Below are positions 11,558-24,099 of a DNA stretch of 64,000 nt, piece after piece (the stretch's first letter is position 1; each line of letters starts with the position of its first letter). Both the position numbers and the translations under genes were made by a program. The notes below the pieces were generated by a model. That model made no database searches. It had not been told where the DNA came from and was given only the letters and a program-made list of their open reading frames with translations. Location: the NCBI GenBank assembly GCA_024679065.1, contig JAGIQG010000010.1, positions 10,106,001-10,170,000 of the forward strand, read 5' to 3'. The stretch is from Sphyrna mokarran (taxonomy: Eukaryota).

Positions 11558-11889
11558 ATTGCTTGGCACACCCATGAAGAACAACCATGTTACGAGGATT
11601 CCAGGGGGCTTCTGAAACGCAAATTGCATTAAAAAAAAATTCCGGTGTCAGCAAACTATCACCATTTTCAGTCTTCAGTAGCAGTAAAGGAATTTGTAAT
11701 TGCATAGCCCATTGGGTACCTCCACAAATCTATGCAATCTATTGCTGTTCTATTGTTTCACTTTTTTAAGATGCTGCGAGGCTTTAATAAAGCAACAATT
11801 GATAGAGTAGCTTTTCCAACTATGTTTATTTATTGGTGTCACAAATAACTTACATTAACACTGTAATTAAGTTACTGTGGACGGCACAC

Positions 11890-12158
11890 AGAAGATAGGA
11901 GCAGGAGGAGACCCTTCCAGCCTGATCCACCATTCATCACAATGATTGCTGATTGTCCAAGTCTAATCCTGTTTTCTCCCCATAACCTTGGATCCTATTC
12001 ACTCCAAATGCTCCATCCAGCCGCCTCTTGAATACATTCAGTGTTTTGGCATCAACTATATCCTGTGGGAATGAATTCCACAGGCTCACCATTCTTTGGC
12101 TGAAGAAATGTCTCCTCATCTCCTCAATGGTCTAACCCGAATCCTCAAATTGTGACCC
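11890..12158 (-). mobile_element. CR1 LINE 3' end
   Basis: ORF MRRHFFSQRMVSLWNSFPQDIVDAKTLNVFKRRLD. Confidence 0.85.
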
Positions 12159-12164
12159 TTGGTT

Positions 12165-12427
12165 ACAGTGGTTAGCACTCATAGCGCCAGGGACCTGGGT
12201 TCAATTCCGATCTCAGGTGAATCTGTGTGGAGTTTCCACTCTTGCCTGCGTGGGTTTCCTCTGAGTGCTCTGATTGCCTCCCACATTCCAAAAGATGTGT
12301 GGGTTAAGTGGATTGGCCATGCCAATTTGCCCCTTAATGTCAGGGGGGCTAGCAGGGTGAATACAGAGATATGGCCTGGGTGGGATTGGTGATGCAATTT
12401 CTGCGCTGTGGGAATTCTACGATTCTA
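12165..12427 (+). mobile_element. V-SINE, tail type A
   Basis: Head, V core, tail. Confidence 0.8.
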
Positions 12428-12569
12428 AATCTGATATACAATTAAAGGTGACCAAAAGTTCTGTAAAAGAGGTAGGGATTTAAGCAGTGTCTTCATGCAT
12501 GAGAGAGATGCAACAATGATGGTATCTGTTCTCCTTACCACTATTAAACAACTCCAGCACTTCATGATC

Positions 12570-12805
12570 TGGGACAATACCCTCCCCCGTAGCACATTGC
12601 GTCTGGGATGAAACCGATTCTTGTTATTAAGTATTGCATGTGTGACCCTGCCAATGAGAGGAACGCTTGCTGGATTAATTCCTTTGTAAGTGAGAGATGA
12701 GTTGCTATTGCTTTATTTTTCACTTCTGACCCAGCTTGTGTCAGCACGGTCATGGGTGTTCAAGAGCCTTCTTTCATTACCCCCTGTCAGAGATTAATCC
12801 TGACC
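12570..12805. promoter_or_regulatory. Candidate enhancer
   Basis: Repeat-free; GGATTA 12672, CTGTCA 12784, TAATCC 12795. Confidence 0.35.
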
Positions 12806-13189
12806 ACCCAGCAAATCCCCAGCCACCCCACCATTCCACCCTGCCCGCACCCAACCTCTCCCCCTCCCCACCCTGTCCCTCATCAGGAAATCCCATTTGG
12901 CTGCCCGAGCTCATGTCAGTTTCACTTTCCTTTTCATACTAACGCTCGAGGAGTTGCAACTCTCACTTTTTCCCCCCCGCAAACAAAGATCAACCGATGG
13001 ATGCTGTAAAAAGAATTCAAAGCGAGAAAAAGGAACAGATAATGTGAACAAGTACAGAGGAGGACTCAAAGCAACAAAAAGAATGCAAATGTAAAGTCAT
13101 GCTAAAGATGTACATGTTACTGAAAAGTACGCGCCAATAATGCTGATTGTCCAATCTATTCACAACAATAGCACTCAGTACAGAGAGAT

Positions 13190-13403
13190 AAAGGCAAAAT
13201 ACTGCTGGAATTGGAAAGAAAAACAGAAAATGCTGGAAAAGCTCAACAAGTTTGATAGCAAATGTGGAGAGAATAGACCAAAGGTTCAACTTTGGATGAC
13301 CCTTGATCAGAGCTGCTCTGACAAAGGGTCATCCTGACTTGAAACATTGGCTCCATTCTCTCTCCACAAATGCTCTCAGACCTGTTGAGTTTTTCTGCTT
13401 TTG
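13190..13403. mobile_element. Fold-back element built from two inverted copies of a second hammerhead-bearing (PLE-type) repeat
   Basis: Inverted arms centred on T13314; right arm CTGACAA-A-GGGTC(ATCCT)GACTT-GAAA-CATT. Confidence 0.7.
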
Positions 13404-13685
13404 CCTCGATTAGCTTATTGCAAAAGGGATGATAAATAGATTCAGGGCATTTGACTTCAGAATTTTTGAGTATGGGTTCCCAGTCAGGGTGGTAGATTGC
13501 TTCCACATGGCAACACTCCAATGCCAGCTATTCCTTGATTTGTAACTTCTATTCTATCCCAATTACACACACCAACCAAATGTCAGAAAGATATACCTCA
13601 TTGTGTAATTGTGGTATTTCCATTCTCATGTCAACCTTCCTTTCGCCAGCCTGGCATAAGTGGGAAGTTTAACGATAATGCGTGG

Positions 13686-13892
13686 GGTAGGATTTTCCAC
13701 ACAGTCCGTTGCGGGTTTTCCAGCGGCAGAAGCGGCCCAGCATTGGCCAGCAATGGGATCTTCTGCTCCCATTGTTGATAATGAGATTTCCTGCTGAATG
13801 GACCCTTCACTGACAGGAATCTCTTGGCAGGGAGTGTGTTGTCATTAGGACTGGAAGAACCTGCCGGTGTGAATGGCTCGAAAGTTTCAGTA
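13686..13892. mobile_element. ~200-bp internally palindromic MITE-like element
   Basis: Termini GGTAGGATTTTCC / GAAAGTTTCAG with nested inverted GGGATCTTC / GGAAGAACC; homologous to 42464-42668. Confidence 0.55.
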
Positions 13893-13944
13893 CTGTCACT
13901 GGGTCAAAATCCTGGAAGTTGCTTCCTAACAGCTCCACCACGTA

Positions 13945-14275
13945 GAATTATAGAACCTCTGCAGTGCAGAAAGAGGCCATTCGATCCATTGAGTCTATAC
14001 CAACCAAAGCCATATCTCCATAAACCCGCACATTTACAATGGTGAATCCTCTTAACCCACACATTCCAGGACTCTAAGGGGAAATTTGGCACGGCCAATC
14101 CCATCTAACATGCACATCTTTGGAATGTGAGAGGAATTTGATGCACCCAGAGAAAACCCATGCAAACACGAGGAAAATGCGCAAACTCTACACAGACAAT
14201 GACCCAAGCTAGGAATCGAACACAGGGCCATTGCGCTGTGAGGCAGCAGTGCTTACCACTATGCCACCGTGCTGC
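13945..14275 (-). mobile_element. V-SINE, tail type A
   Basis: Consensus match. Confidence 0.85.
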
Positions 14276-14529
14276 TGCAGTTTAGGGAGGCAGCTCACTG
14301 TCACCTTCTCAAGAGCAAGTGGGAATGAACAATAAAGATTTGCCATAAGTGAGTGAAAAACAAGAATTATGGATAGTTCTGTACTATGGAATCAAACTCA
14401 CTAGTAAATGAGTTGAGATTTCATCACAGCCACCAAATGGTGAGAGTTAACTTCCACCTATTTAGTTAGAGATGGAAGACAGTGTGCTAACAGCTTCATC
14501 AGACATTTGAATGGACCCACCTCATATTA

Positions 14530-14682
14530 AGTTGATCCTTCTCTGCACTCTAGCTATGACTGTAGCACTACTTTGTACACCATCTCTTTTCCTTCTCTAT
14601 GAATAGTATGCTTTGTAAAGCACAAGAAACAATACTTTTCACTGAATACTCGTAGACAATAATAAATCAAATCAAATCAAAA
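14530..14682 (+). mobile_element. Rex/Babar LINE 3' end
   Basis: ..CAAGAAACAATACTTTTCACTG..AATAATAAATCAAATCAAATCAA tail; same family as 53435. Confidence 0.75.
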
Positions 14683-16071
14683 CTCAATAAGGCACCATAT
14701 TCTCCCAAACTATTAGATGTCTGCAAACCATTTTAACTCATTATTCAACCCAGTAAACTTTTAATGTCCAAATTAAGCTGAGACACCATCAACAGTTTTG
14801 AATACAAAATGCCCTTAAAGTGTACAGAATATGTACAACTAATCTCCATACACCTGTCACATCTATATAGGACAGCACAAATAGGAGGTTGTGTTTTATA
14901 TTTAATACAGGAAGGAATATAATTGTAAAATAAGGTGCTTAATTCTTCTGAGTTAATTTATTTTTAAGTTGGGGAATTGAATACATCCGTTTATCAAACT
15001 TTGTCACGCACATTAGCTTGGATTCTCCCAAAACAAAACTAAATGCCCAACGGGTGGGAAAACAGGAGAGTTTCCAGCCTGTTTTTTTGGATGTATTTAT
15101 CTGAACAAATCCCTGACACTGTGCGATGTTAAGTGACTTAGTGTGATTCATGCTGGCCAGAGGGGCAGGGCCTTATCCTACCCGAGAGGCCGGCAGCGTA
15201 GTGCTGAGTGGGCCATTGTGCATGCGCTGATCTGTCAGTAGGGAGATTGGCATGTGTGCAGAGCTGATTGTGCTAAAAATAAAGGGCCTTGGAGACTTGT
15301 GACCAGTGTAAATCTTGTAAATGATCCCCCGTTACCATCTCCTGGCCTGCTGCATTATTTGAGCAGCGCAGTGGGCTGGGATAATCACAGCCATTAGTTC
15401 ATATTGAAATAGAGTGGGAGGAGGATTATGAGAGCATTGAAGCTAGCATGGACCTGTTGAGCCAAATGGCCTGTTCCTATGCCGCTAATTCTATATCATT
15501 GTATGTAATAGTGGCCCACTGTAACGATGTAAATGTCAAAAAGGAAACAAGGCCTTGTGACAGGCTTCTTGTCCTGTATCTCATTCTAGTCACATTGTTC
15601 CAGATCAGATAGGAGGTAGGCATTGAAGCAAATGACATTGAATTGAAAAGAAGAATGTTGAGGCTTGAGTGAAAACAAAGAATGTGACAATGGAGTCTTC
15701 AGCCCATATCTGATAACCGATTAATGTAGGCTCTGTTACTTCCTTCCCACAAACTGCCAACAAATTGCCACTCAGTTAAAACCTACACACATGCTATCAT
15801 TGCACGCAGTAAAGATATTACACCTAACCAAAACAATGCATGGCATTACATTTTTATAATGGAGGTTAACAGATAATTTACGCCCAGTAAAGTCCTAATT
15901 GTAACAACAGATGTTGGACAAATTATTTGGTTTTGGGAATCCCAACCAAATCAATCTATTAAAGCATTGTTGGATCATCAGTCCTGCTCACAATAGGCCG
16001 CAAGATATAGGAACAGAATTAGGCCACTCGACCCCTCGACTCTGCTCCCTACTCATGGCTAATTAGTTTCG

Positions 16072-16388
16072 AATCACAGAATCTTACAATGCAGAAGGAG
16101 GCTATTTGGTCCATCAAGTCTGCACTGACCACAATCCCACCCAGGCCCTTTCCCTATTAACCTATGCATTTACCCTATCTAGTCCCCATGACACAAAGGG
16201 GCATTTTAGCATGGCCAATCCACCAAACCCGCGCATCTTTGGACTGTGGAAGGAAACCAGAGCACCTGGTGGAAACCTACGCAGGCACAGGGAGAATGTG
16301 CAAACTCCACACAGACAGTGACCCAAGCTGAGACTCGAATCCTGGTGCTGTGAGGCAGCAGTGCTAATCTCTGTGCCATCATGCCATC
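16072..16388 (-). mobile_element. V-SINE, tail type A
   Basis: Consensus match. Confidence 0.85.
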
Positions 16389-16479
16389 CAAAGCTTTGGG
16401 GAATGCTTATGCCTGGTTTCGAACCAGAGAACTTCTGCATGTGAAGCAAATTTGAAAACCACTACACTGCAGTAACACT

Positions 16480-16700
16480 CAAAACCATTCTCCCACGTTT
16501 TCCCCTTGATCTTTGATCTCCCTACCAATCAACAACCTATCTATTTCTGTCTTAAATACACTCAATGACCTGGTGTTCACAGCCTTCTCAATAATGAATT
16601 CCACAGATTCTCCATCCTCTGGCAGGAGAAATTCCTCCTCACCTTGGTTGTAAAGAATCATCCCTTTATTCTGAAGCTCTGCCCTCAGATCCTGTTCTCC
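16480..16700 (-). mobile_element. CR1 LINE 3' fragment
   Basis: ORF ..RSLSVFKTEIDRLL.. Confidence 0.75.
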
Positions 16701-16964
16701 ATACATAGCCCTCCATTTACAAGCAATTGTTGGTAGATATAGGTGTAAGCTTAAAAGTTGCAAACTGTTTTGAATTTAGAAGCAGGATTTTTACGCTGGG
16801 GTATAAGAAATGGACACAGCAACTTTTACAAAGCAGTGGGTGAATATTTGTTGCTGAATGTTAAGCATGGGGTTATTTAGCACCAGAGTCACCCACAGGA
16901 ATTACGCCTTTAGCAATTAATGGCTAAATTTGGGGACTCTGCCTCCAGCAAACTTGGAGAACTT

Positions 16965-17262
16965 TTTTTATTCTTTCATGGGATGTGGGTGTCACTGGCT
17001 GAACAGCATTTATTTTCCATCCCCAATCGCCCTTGAGGAGGAAGTTAAGAGTCTCGGCCAGATCAGGTAGGAATGGTAAGTTTCCTTCCCTAATGAGCAT
17101 GGATGAACCAGATGGGTTTTACAACAGTGGACAATGGTTCCTTTTAGTTCCAGATTTTTATTGAATTCAAATTTCACCATCTGCCATGGTGGGATTTGAA
17201 CCCAGGTCGCCAGAGCATTAGCCTGTCTCTGGGTCACTAGTACATTGACAATATCACTCTGT
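16965..17262 (-). mobile_element. Second tRNA-derived SINE family
   Basis: TTGAATTCAAATTTCACCATCTGCCATGGTGGGATTTGAACCC. Confidence 0.8.
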
Positions 17263-17511
17263 CCTTTTGCTTTTATGTTCATCCAACACTTGTCTCTGTT
17301 AGTTGTAAAAATGTTAGAGATGGGGGGAGGGGAGAAGAGGGTGTGTGCAAGAAAGGTTGTCAGACCAAATAGTCAAGAACATCCAATCAAGTAATGGAAG
17401 GTCTGTTAATTCTCCCGGGAAAGTGGGAAGGCAGGAGGGCATATGTGTCAGGTAACCAATGGCAGGAATCTGGTTGTGAAGGGACAAGGTGGAGTTTCAT
17501 TCAGCAGAGTA

Positions 17512-17802
17512 ATCCATAAATTCCCTACAGTACATAGAGTCTGCCCCGAACACAATCCCATCCAAGCTCTATTCCCATAACTCCACATATTTATCTTGTT
17601 AATCCCCTAACATTAGGGTCAATTTAGCATGGTCAATCAACCTAACACACACTTCTTTGGATTGTGAGAGGAAAACAGTGTGTCTGGAGGAAACCCGTGC
17701 AGACATGGGGAGAACATGCAAACTCCAAGCAGACAGTGACCAGAACTTAACCTGGATCTCTGGTGCTGTAAGGCAGCAGTGCTAACCACTGTGCCACCAT
17801 GG
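17512..17802 (-). mobile_element. V-SINE, tail type A
   Basis: Consensus match. Confidence 0.85.
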
Positions 17803-18543
17803 CAGACTGTCCCAGTGTGCCACAACAATGCTGCTTGGATGCCCTGGAATGATCAGAAGTTTAAGCAAAGGCATTCTCCTGATATCCCACTCTTTGGGGA
17901 CAGTAGCAAACATAATAGCTGGGCAATTTGTCTCACTAAGCATTACTTAATATTGGGTAATGTGCTTCAGAGATGCAATTTTTCCACTTTCAGCTACTGT
18001 TCCCCAACCTACTCTGCTCAGACGTGAAAGTGATACATAATGTCAGAGCAAAGAATGTGGGAGCTTTCCAGAGACAACATTCCAGAAGTTTAATATCTCT
18101 GAGGTGTATGTCTGCTATGATGTACTGGCTACCTTGAGCCCACGTGGCAGTATTAATCCTGTCTGTGAGAGGTAGAATTGAACATTATTACAGCATAACT
18201 TAACACATGACAGAAAGTCAGAAATTAGCACAATGATCAAACAAGGAATCACATTAGAAAAGGAGTTTAATGGTTATTAATTTCTCTACGAGTTAATAAT
18301 CTGTGCATTCATTTCCGCATCTCAGACAAGATACATCAACCATAGCAGGGGTGCAGCACAGATTCAGTAGAATTTAACATGGCTAAAATATGTAGAGAAT
18401 AGAGGGATTTAGACCATGTAGAGGCAAGAAAATATTAGATAGAAGAGATATCTTTGTTGGCACAGACTTGGTGGGCCAAAAGGCCTGTTCTTGTGCTGAT
18501 TATTCTTTATTCTTTCTTTGTAAAAGAATTAAAAAGAGTTCTT

Positions 18544-18876
18544 GTGGCACAGTGGTTCGTATTACTGCCTCATAGCTCCAGGGACCCAGAAGCAATCTGG
18601 CCTTGGGTGACTGTGTGGAGTTTGCACATTTTCTCCATGTCTGCACAGGTTTCTTCCAGGTGCTCCAGTTTCTTCCCACAATCTGAAGATGTGTGGATTA
18701 GATGGATTGGCCACACTAAATACTCCTTCATGTCCAAAGATGTCTAGTTTAGGGAGAATAGCGAGTAAACTGGTGGGGTTAAGGGGATAGAGTCTAGAGA
18801 AGATGCTCTGCCGGAGAATTGGTGCTGACTCAATGGATTGAATGGCCTCCTTCTGCATTGCAAGGATGCTATGATC
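18544..18876 (+). mobile_element. V-SINE, tail type A
   Basis: Consensus match. Confidence 0.85.
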
Positions 18877-19054
18877 TAATGATAAGGCTCCCTCCAAGGT
18901 TTCACGGCTAAGGAAGGAGCATTCGTAATGGTCAATCTGCAAATCCAACGTGCCCTTGATAAGAGTGAGAGAACTTCTTGGGTCAGTCATGCTTGATGTG
19001 GAATTGTACCCCTCACTGTCTCACCACTGACCAGCAATCTGTTCCAGGTGAGCT

Positions 19055-19270
19055 ATGATATGGAGATGCCAGCATTGAACTGGAGAAAACACTATAAGAA
19101 GTCTTACAGTTAAAAGTTAAAGTCCAACAGATCTAGCTGGTAGCAAAAGGCACTAGCTGTCCGAGTGCTGTTCCTTCATCATGATGAAGGAGCAGCACTT
19201 CGAAAGCTAGTGGCTTTTGCTACCAAATAAACGCGTTGGTAATTAACCTGGTGTTGTGAGACTTCTCACC
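19055..19270. mobile_element. Fold-back of two inverted PLE terminal copies fused at the hammerhead core
   Basis: Perfect palindrome TCCTTCATCA|TGATGAAGGA centred at 19181/19182; imperfect arms of about 85-90 bp. Confidence 0.85.
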
Positions 19271-19984
19271 AGGAAAGCTAGCCACTGATCAGATATAGCT
19301 GTGTGTGCTTTGTCTGTCTAGGCATGGTAAGAGAAATAAGAAAAGATGTAAGGAGAGTTTGCACAGACTAGACTTATACTCCCTTCGAGTTTAGAAGATT
19401 AAGAAGTGATCGAACTAAGGTGTTAAAATGATTAAAACTTTGAATAACATTTCTTTTATTTCCACTGATGGGGGGTGGGGGGAGTGCTTAAAATCAGGAA
19501 ATATTTCTTCTGCCAAAGTAGAAATCTGGGATTCTCTAATGTCAAAAAATATTGTTGAGGCTGTGGGTCAATTAAAGAATTTTAGAACTGAGATTTTGTC
19601 AGGCAGGCTAGAGTAATGGAATAATAGTGGGTATGTGGTCAATATACTGATCAGCCATCATCTAATTTAATAGCATTAAGCTAAAGGGGCTGAATAGCCT
19701 TCTTCTATTCTTAGGAATAAGATATTTTCAATAATGATCAGATGGTCCAGCAACATCAATTTATATGGTATGATCATCCAGTAAGGCAAGATTTGTGACC
19801 ATCAAAGTTAGGGCAGCTTCTTCTTTCGGCTTGAGTCAGTTGATGCTTGCTTCCTAGCCTAGCTAATAGGTTCATCACCATGAGGAAGGAAAGCCACATT
19901 TCCATCTCTGTGGGAGTTCAAATTAATCTCATCCAGCATCACTCTACCCATTCCCACCTCCACATCCATGCACTTTGATCATGC

Positions 19985-20190
19985 AGTGTTAATGGCAAAC
20001 ATTTCCACCTATTCTTTGTAAAGTGCATTTGCTTGCTACTTTAACAAAGCCAATAACTCGGTTTGCTTTGAACTGATGAGCAGCTCTATTAAACAGATGG
20101 AGAAATTTAATCCAAATGCATTTGCTGATATCATACAGTGCAGTTGCAATGTTAAATATGCCAAAATAGGCATTGGACAATCATGAAGCA
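19985..20190. promoter_or_regulatory. Candidate enhancer
   Basis: Repeat-free; AACAAAG 20043, CTTTGAA 20066, CAGATG 20094, TAATCC 20108. Confidence 0.35.
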
Positions 20191-20354
20191 ACATTAAAGC
20201 ATGAATGGAAAGAAGTGATAATCTAGGTGGTCATACTTTCCGAATAGCAGGGCGTCAGCATAGAAGACAATGGCTCAGAGTTCCCTCACTTCCTGATCAC
20301 AAAGATTACATGCAATGACAAATGGTCCACAGAACACTGTCCTGAGGGAAGGAG

Positions 20355-20635
20355 CAATAGAACATAGAAAGACTACAACACAAACAGGCCCTTTGGCACA
20401 CCAGTTGCGCCGATGATATCCATACTTACTGGCTTACCTATAACCCTTAATTCTATTAAGTCCCATGTACTCATCCAAAAGTCTCTTGAAAAACCCTATC
20501 GAATTTGCCTCCACCACCACCGAAGGCAGCCGATTCTACTCACCCACCACCCTCTGATTGAAAAACTTACCCCTGATATCTCCTATGTACTACTTCCCAG
20601 CACTTTAAACCTGTGTCCTTTCGTAGCAACCATTC
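20355..20635 (-). mobile_element. CR1 LINE 3' end
   Basis: ORF ..ATKGHRFKVLG.. and AGAACATAGAA tail. Confidence 0.75.
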
Positions 20636-21374
20636 CAGCAATATTTTTTGTAGAAAGTGGTAGATGTCCGCCATTGGGATGTTGCAGCGAGGCTGAATCA
20701 TCAAGGGCGCATTGAAGATTAGAATGCGACCCTCCACAACATTTCCTGACTACTTGGGATAAATGCTGAAATATCATGTACATGGCAGACATCAAATCTT
20801 CAACTCTCGATGCATAAGAGATCCGTCAAAAACTCAAAACATGCCATATAACATAACCGTTCTGTCATTACTGATGTTACACTCCACATCAAGCATGGCT
20901 GATCCAAGATGCTACGGCAAACAGGAGGCAATTTAGACCATCATTCACGTGTTGAACATTAATGTGAACTTCTGAAGGAGTTAAGACTTAGTTCTATTCC
21001 CACGCTTCATGCAAATTGCTTAGTGAGAGCATTCCTGTTTTTGAGTCAGAGTTTAACACTGGCTGTTGACAATCTCTAATTTTGCACCGTGGATGCGCAT
21101 TTGTCAGAGAGTGCAGGTGACCTATTCTCCATCTTAAGGGTTGTGAAAACCGATGACCTCTTCCTCACTTATTGTCTGGCATCTCTGTGGTTTTGGCTTG
21201 TGGTGCTGCCGGTCAGTGTAAATGCATTAGTAACAACCATCAATTTGCCTGGTGGGTTGGCCTGCCAGTGCCTTGCAGGCTGGACGACAGGCTCCTTTGT
21301 GAATGAAAGATGCATTTCTGTTAACTTACACAATGACAGATCTTGACTTCATGGTGGATAAGCAGACAACCTCC

Positions 21375-21528
21375 ATTTATCAGTACTGTCACTCTGACCT
21401 CCATGTCAGAAGTTTGTGGGTTCAAATCCCATAAATGAGACCTGCACAAAATCCAGGCTGACACCAAGAGAATGCCGCACTGCTGGAGGCACCACCTTTT
21501 CAATGAGGTATTAAACCAAGTGCTCACC
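21375..21528 (+). mobile_element. Deu-type SINE 5' fragment
   Basis: GTCAGAAGTTTGTGGGTTCAAATCCCA..CACAAAATCCAGGCTGACAC. Confidence 0.6.
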
Positions 21529-21617
21529 TTGGCAGTCTGCTACAGCAAAGCTTGGGACACTCGCCAGGGAGGTGCAATGGGGAAACAACATTGTCTAAGA
21601 CCTTTCAGCCACAGAAT

Positions 21618-22210
21618 ATATAAATGATTTGGAGGAAAATGTAACTGGATTGATAAGCTTGCAGATGACACAAAGGTTGGTGGATTTGCAGGTAGTGATG
21701 AGGACCCTCAGAGGATACAGCAAGATATAGATCAGTTGGAGACTTGGGCACAGAGATGGTAGGTGGAGTTTAATCTAGACAAATTTGAGGTAATGCATTT
21801 TGGAAGGTCTAATACAGGTAGGAAATGCATAGTAAATGTCAGAACTCCTAAGAGTATTGATAAGCAAAGAGATTTGATGTATAGGTACACAGGATACTGA
21901 AAGTAGCAATTCAGGTGGAGAAGGTAGCCAAGAAGGCATACGACATGCTTACCTTCATCGGCTGGGGTATCGAGTTTAAAAATTGACAACTCATGTTGCA
22001 GCTTCACAGAACCTTAGTTAGGCCGCACTTGGAATATAGTGTTCAATTCTGGTCGCCACACTACCAAAGGATGTAGAGGCTTTGGAGAGGGTACAGAAAA
22101 GATTTACCAGGCTGTTGCCTGGTATGAAGGGGGCTTTAGCTATGAGGAGAGGTTGGAGAAACTTGGTTTGTTCTCACTGGAACGATGGAGGTTGAGGGGC
22201 GACCTATAAA
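21618..22210 (+). mobile_element. CR1 LINE RT/ORF2 fragment (decayed)
   Basis: Encodes INDL..ADDTK..LVRPHLEYSVQFWSPH..YEERLEKLGLFSLE with frameshifts. Confidence 0.9.
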
Positions 22211-22427
22211 TACTTTTACAGACATTTTAAAATGATCTTTACAAATGACACAATGTTTCCTTGATTGTACTGAAGTATCACAAAGTGTGTCTTCATGTAT
22301 GTAACAAACCAGAAAAAGCACTTTGTGTGATGGCCACTTTGAAATGATTGTGATGTTCTTGAAGACTTTTTATGACTACAGTAGATTTTTGAAAATTAAA
22401 AAAAAATGCATCTGTGATAGACACATA

Positions 22428-22604
22428 ACTCGGTGAAAGATGCTGTTTAGTCTGCCCAAAACATCTTGACCTTCCAGTGCAAGGAACTGTCTTTGAGTGT
22501 TGCAGACCGGCACATTCCAAGGTCCAGGATTGCGTGCTAAGGGATGCACTCAAGCTTGGGGCAACCATCAACAAGGCACAAGGGGGAAAAGTCACTATGT
22601 TAGA
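22428..22604 (+). mobile_element. Tx1/L1-clade LINE ORF2 C-terminal fragment
   Basis: Decayed NSVKDA..SA..FQCKELS..CCR.AHSKVQD.VLRDALKLGA..KAQ.GK. Confidence 0.6.
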
Positions 22605-22874
22605 CCTTTCAACTAATGCATACCAAGGACTGGTAACTGGGTAAGACTCCTCAGACTATGTGTCTATGTACATGTAATGAAGCACTGCAGAGTGCAACAT
22701 GACAGATTTATATAGTTTTGTAAAGAATTTTACTCTTTAATCAAAATATTGGAATGTATGAAATGTTCTCATTACTGCACTGAAGCACCTTGGAATGCAT
22801 CTTGATCGCCGGAGAAAATGTGAATATCATTGCACTTTACTGTTATAACAATTGAAAATGTTTTCAAAGAATCT

Positions 22875-23045
22875 TAGAATAGAATCATAGAACCTTATAG
22901 TGCAGAAGAAAGCCATTTGGCCCATCGAGTTTGCAGCAACCACAATCCCACTCAAGCCCCATTCCCACAATGCCATGCACCCACCCTAGCTCATCCCTCT
23001 CAGAGACACTAAGGGGCAATTCAGCATGGCCAAATCACCAAATGT
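22875..23045 (-). mobile_element. V-SINE type A 3' fragment
   Basis: TAGAATCATAGAA..GACACTAAGGGGCAATT. Confidence 0.75.
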
Positions 23046-23161
23046 GTCTTTCAGATTTTACATGAATGAAGTATATTTTGTAAAAATCTATGAAAGGAAC
23101 ATAAGTACATAGGTCTGCACAAAACCATTTGACAAAGTCCAGTATCTTGAGATTAAAGCTT

Positions 23162-23428
23162 TTTTTATTATTGTCACAAATAGGCTTACGTTAACACTGT
23201 AATGAAGTTATTGTGAAAATCCACTCATTGCCACACTCCGGCGTTTGTTCAACTACACTGAGGGAGAATTTAGTATGGCCAAACCACCATGGAAGGAAAG
23301 TAGAGCACCTAGAGAAAACTCACGCAGACAATGTGCAGACTCCACACAGTGACCCAAACTGGGAATTGTACCCAGGTCTCTGACACTGTGTGTGGCAGCA
23401 GTGATAACTATTGTGCCACTGTGCTGCT
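23162..23428 (-). mobile_element. V-SINE, tail type B
   Basis: Consensus match. Confidence 0.8.
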
Positions 23429-24099
23429 ATATCCAAGAGCATCTATCATACCCCCTTCTAGTATTTTTATTGGATAATAAATTCAATTCTCTCAGAAGTT
23501 GATGATCCGATCTCTCATCCCTTGTAAGCCATTCCCATTTCCTTCGCTCTTGACATAAAATAATTAAGTCTAAATTCTTCTCGCTTCTAATACTGAGGCT
23601 GTGTAATTTTGCTGTAAAACCTGTGAATAGGTTCAACATTTATCTCTTTACTCCTTAATATCTTAAACCCTTCACTAAGATCAGGCTTGATCCTTCTCCC
23701 CTTCAGTGTAAACATTCCTGCTCCCTCTCCTTATACCTCGAGTGCCTAATCCCGGCTATCAAACTGGCTGGCCCCCACTGTGCCCTTGTCAATGTTTGAA
23801 CATCTTTTTCATAAGACGGTGAACAAAATCAGCCCCAGATGGGGCTGATCCACCAGCTTTGAAATGACTTCTTGAGAGCGGTTCTCCATTTATCTTCCTG
23901 TACAATCCGAGATCCTGGTTGATCTCTTCATTGCTGTTGCAAACGGAACTGATGGATTCAACTATCTCCCTCTGCAGGTGTGGGAGAATAGATATATTTA
24001 TAAAAGATCAACTGGGGCTTTTTATACCAGGACACAAAAGCTAACGGGGGGATTTGATAGCGGTACTTTAGTATTATGATACAATAAAAAAAGTAAAGA

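Noticed and set aside
21618-22210. Active reverse transcriptase gene
   Set aside because: Truncated, with frameshifts and stops; no intact autonomous element seen in the window.
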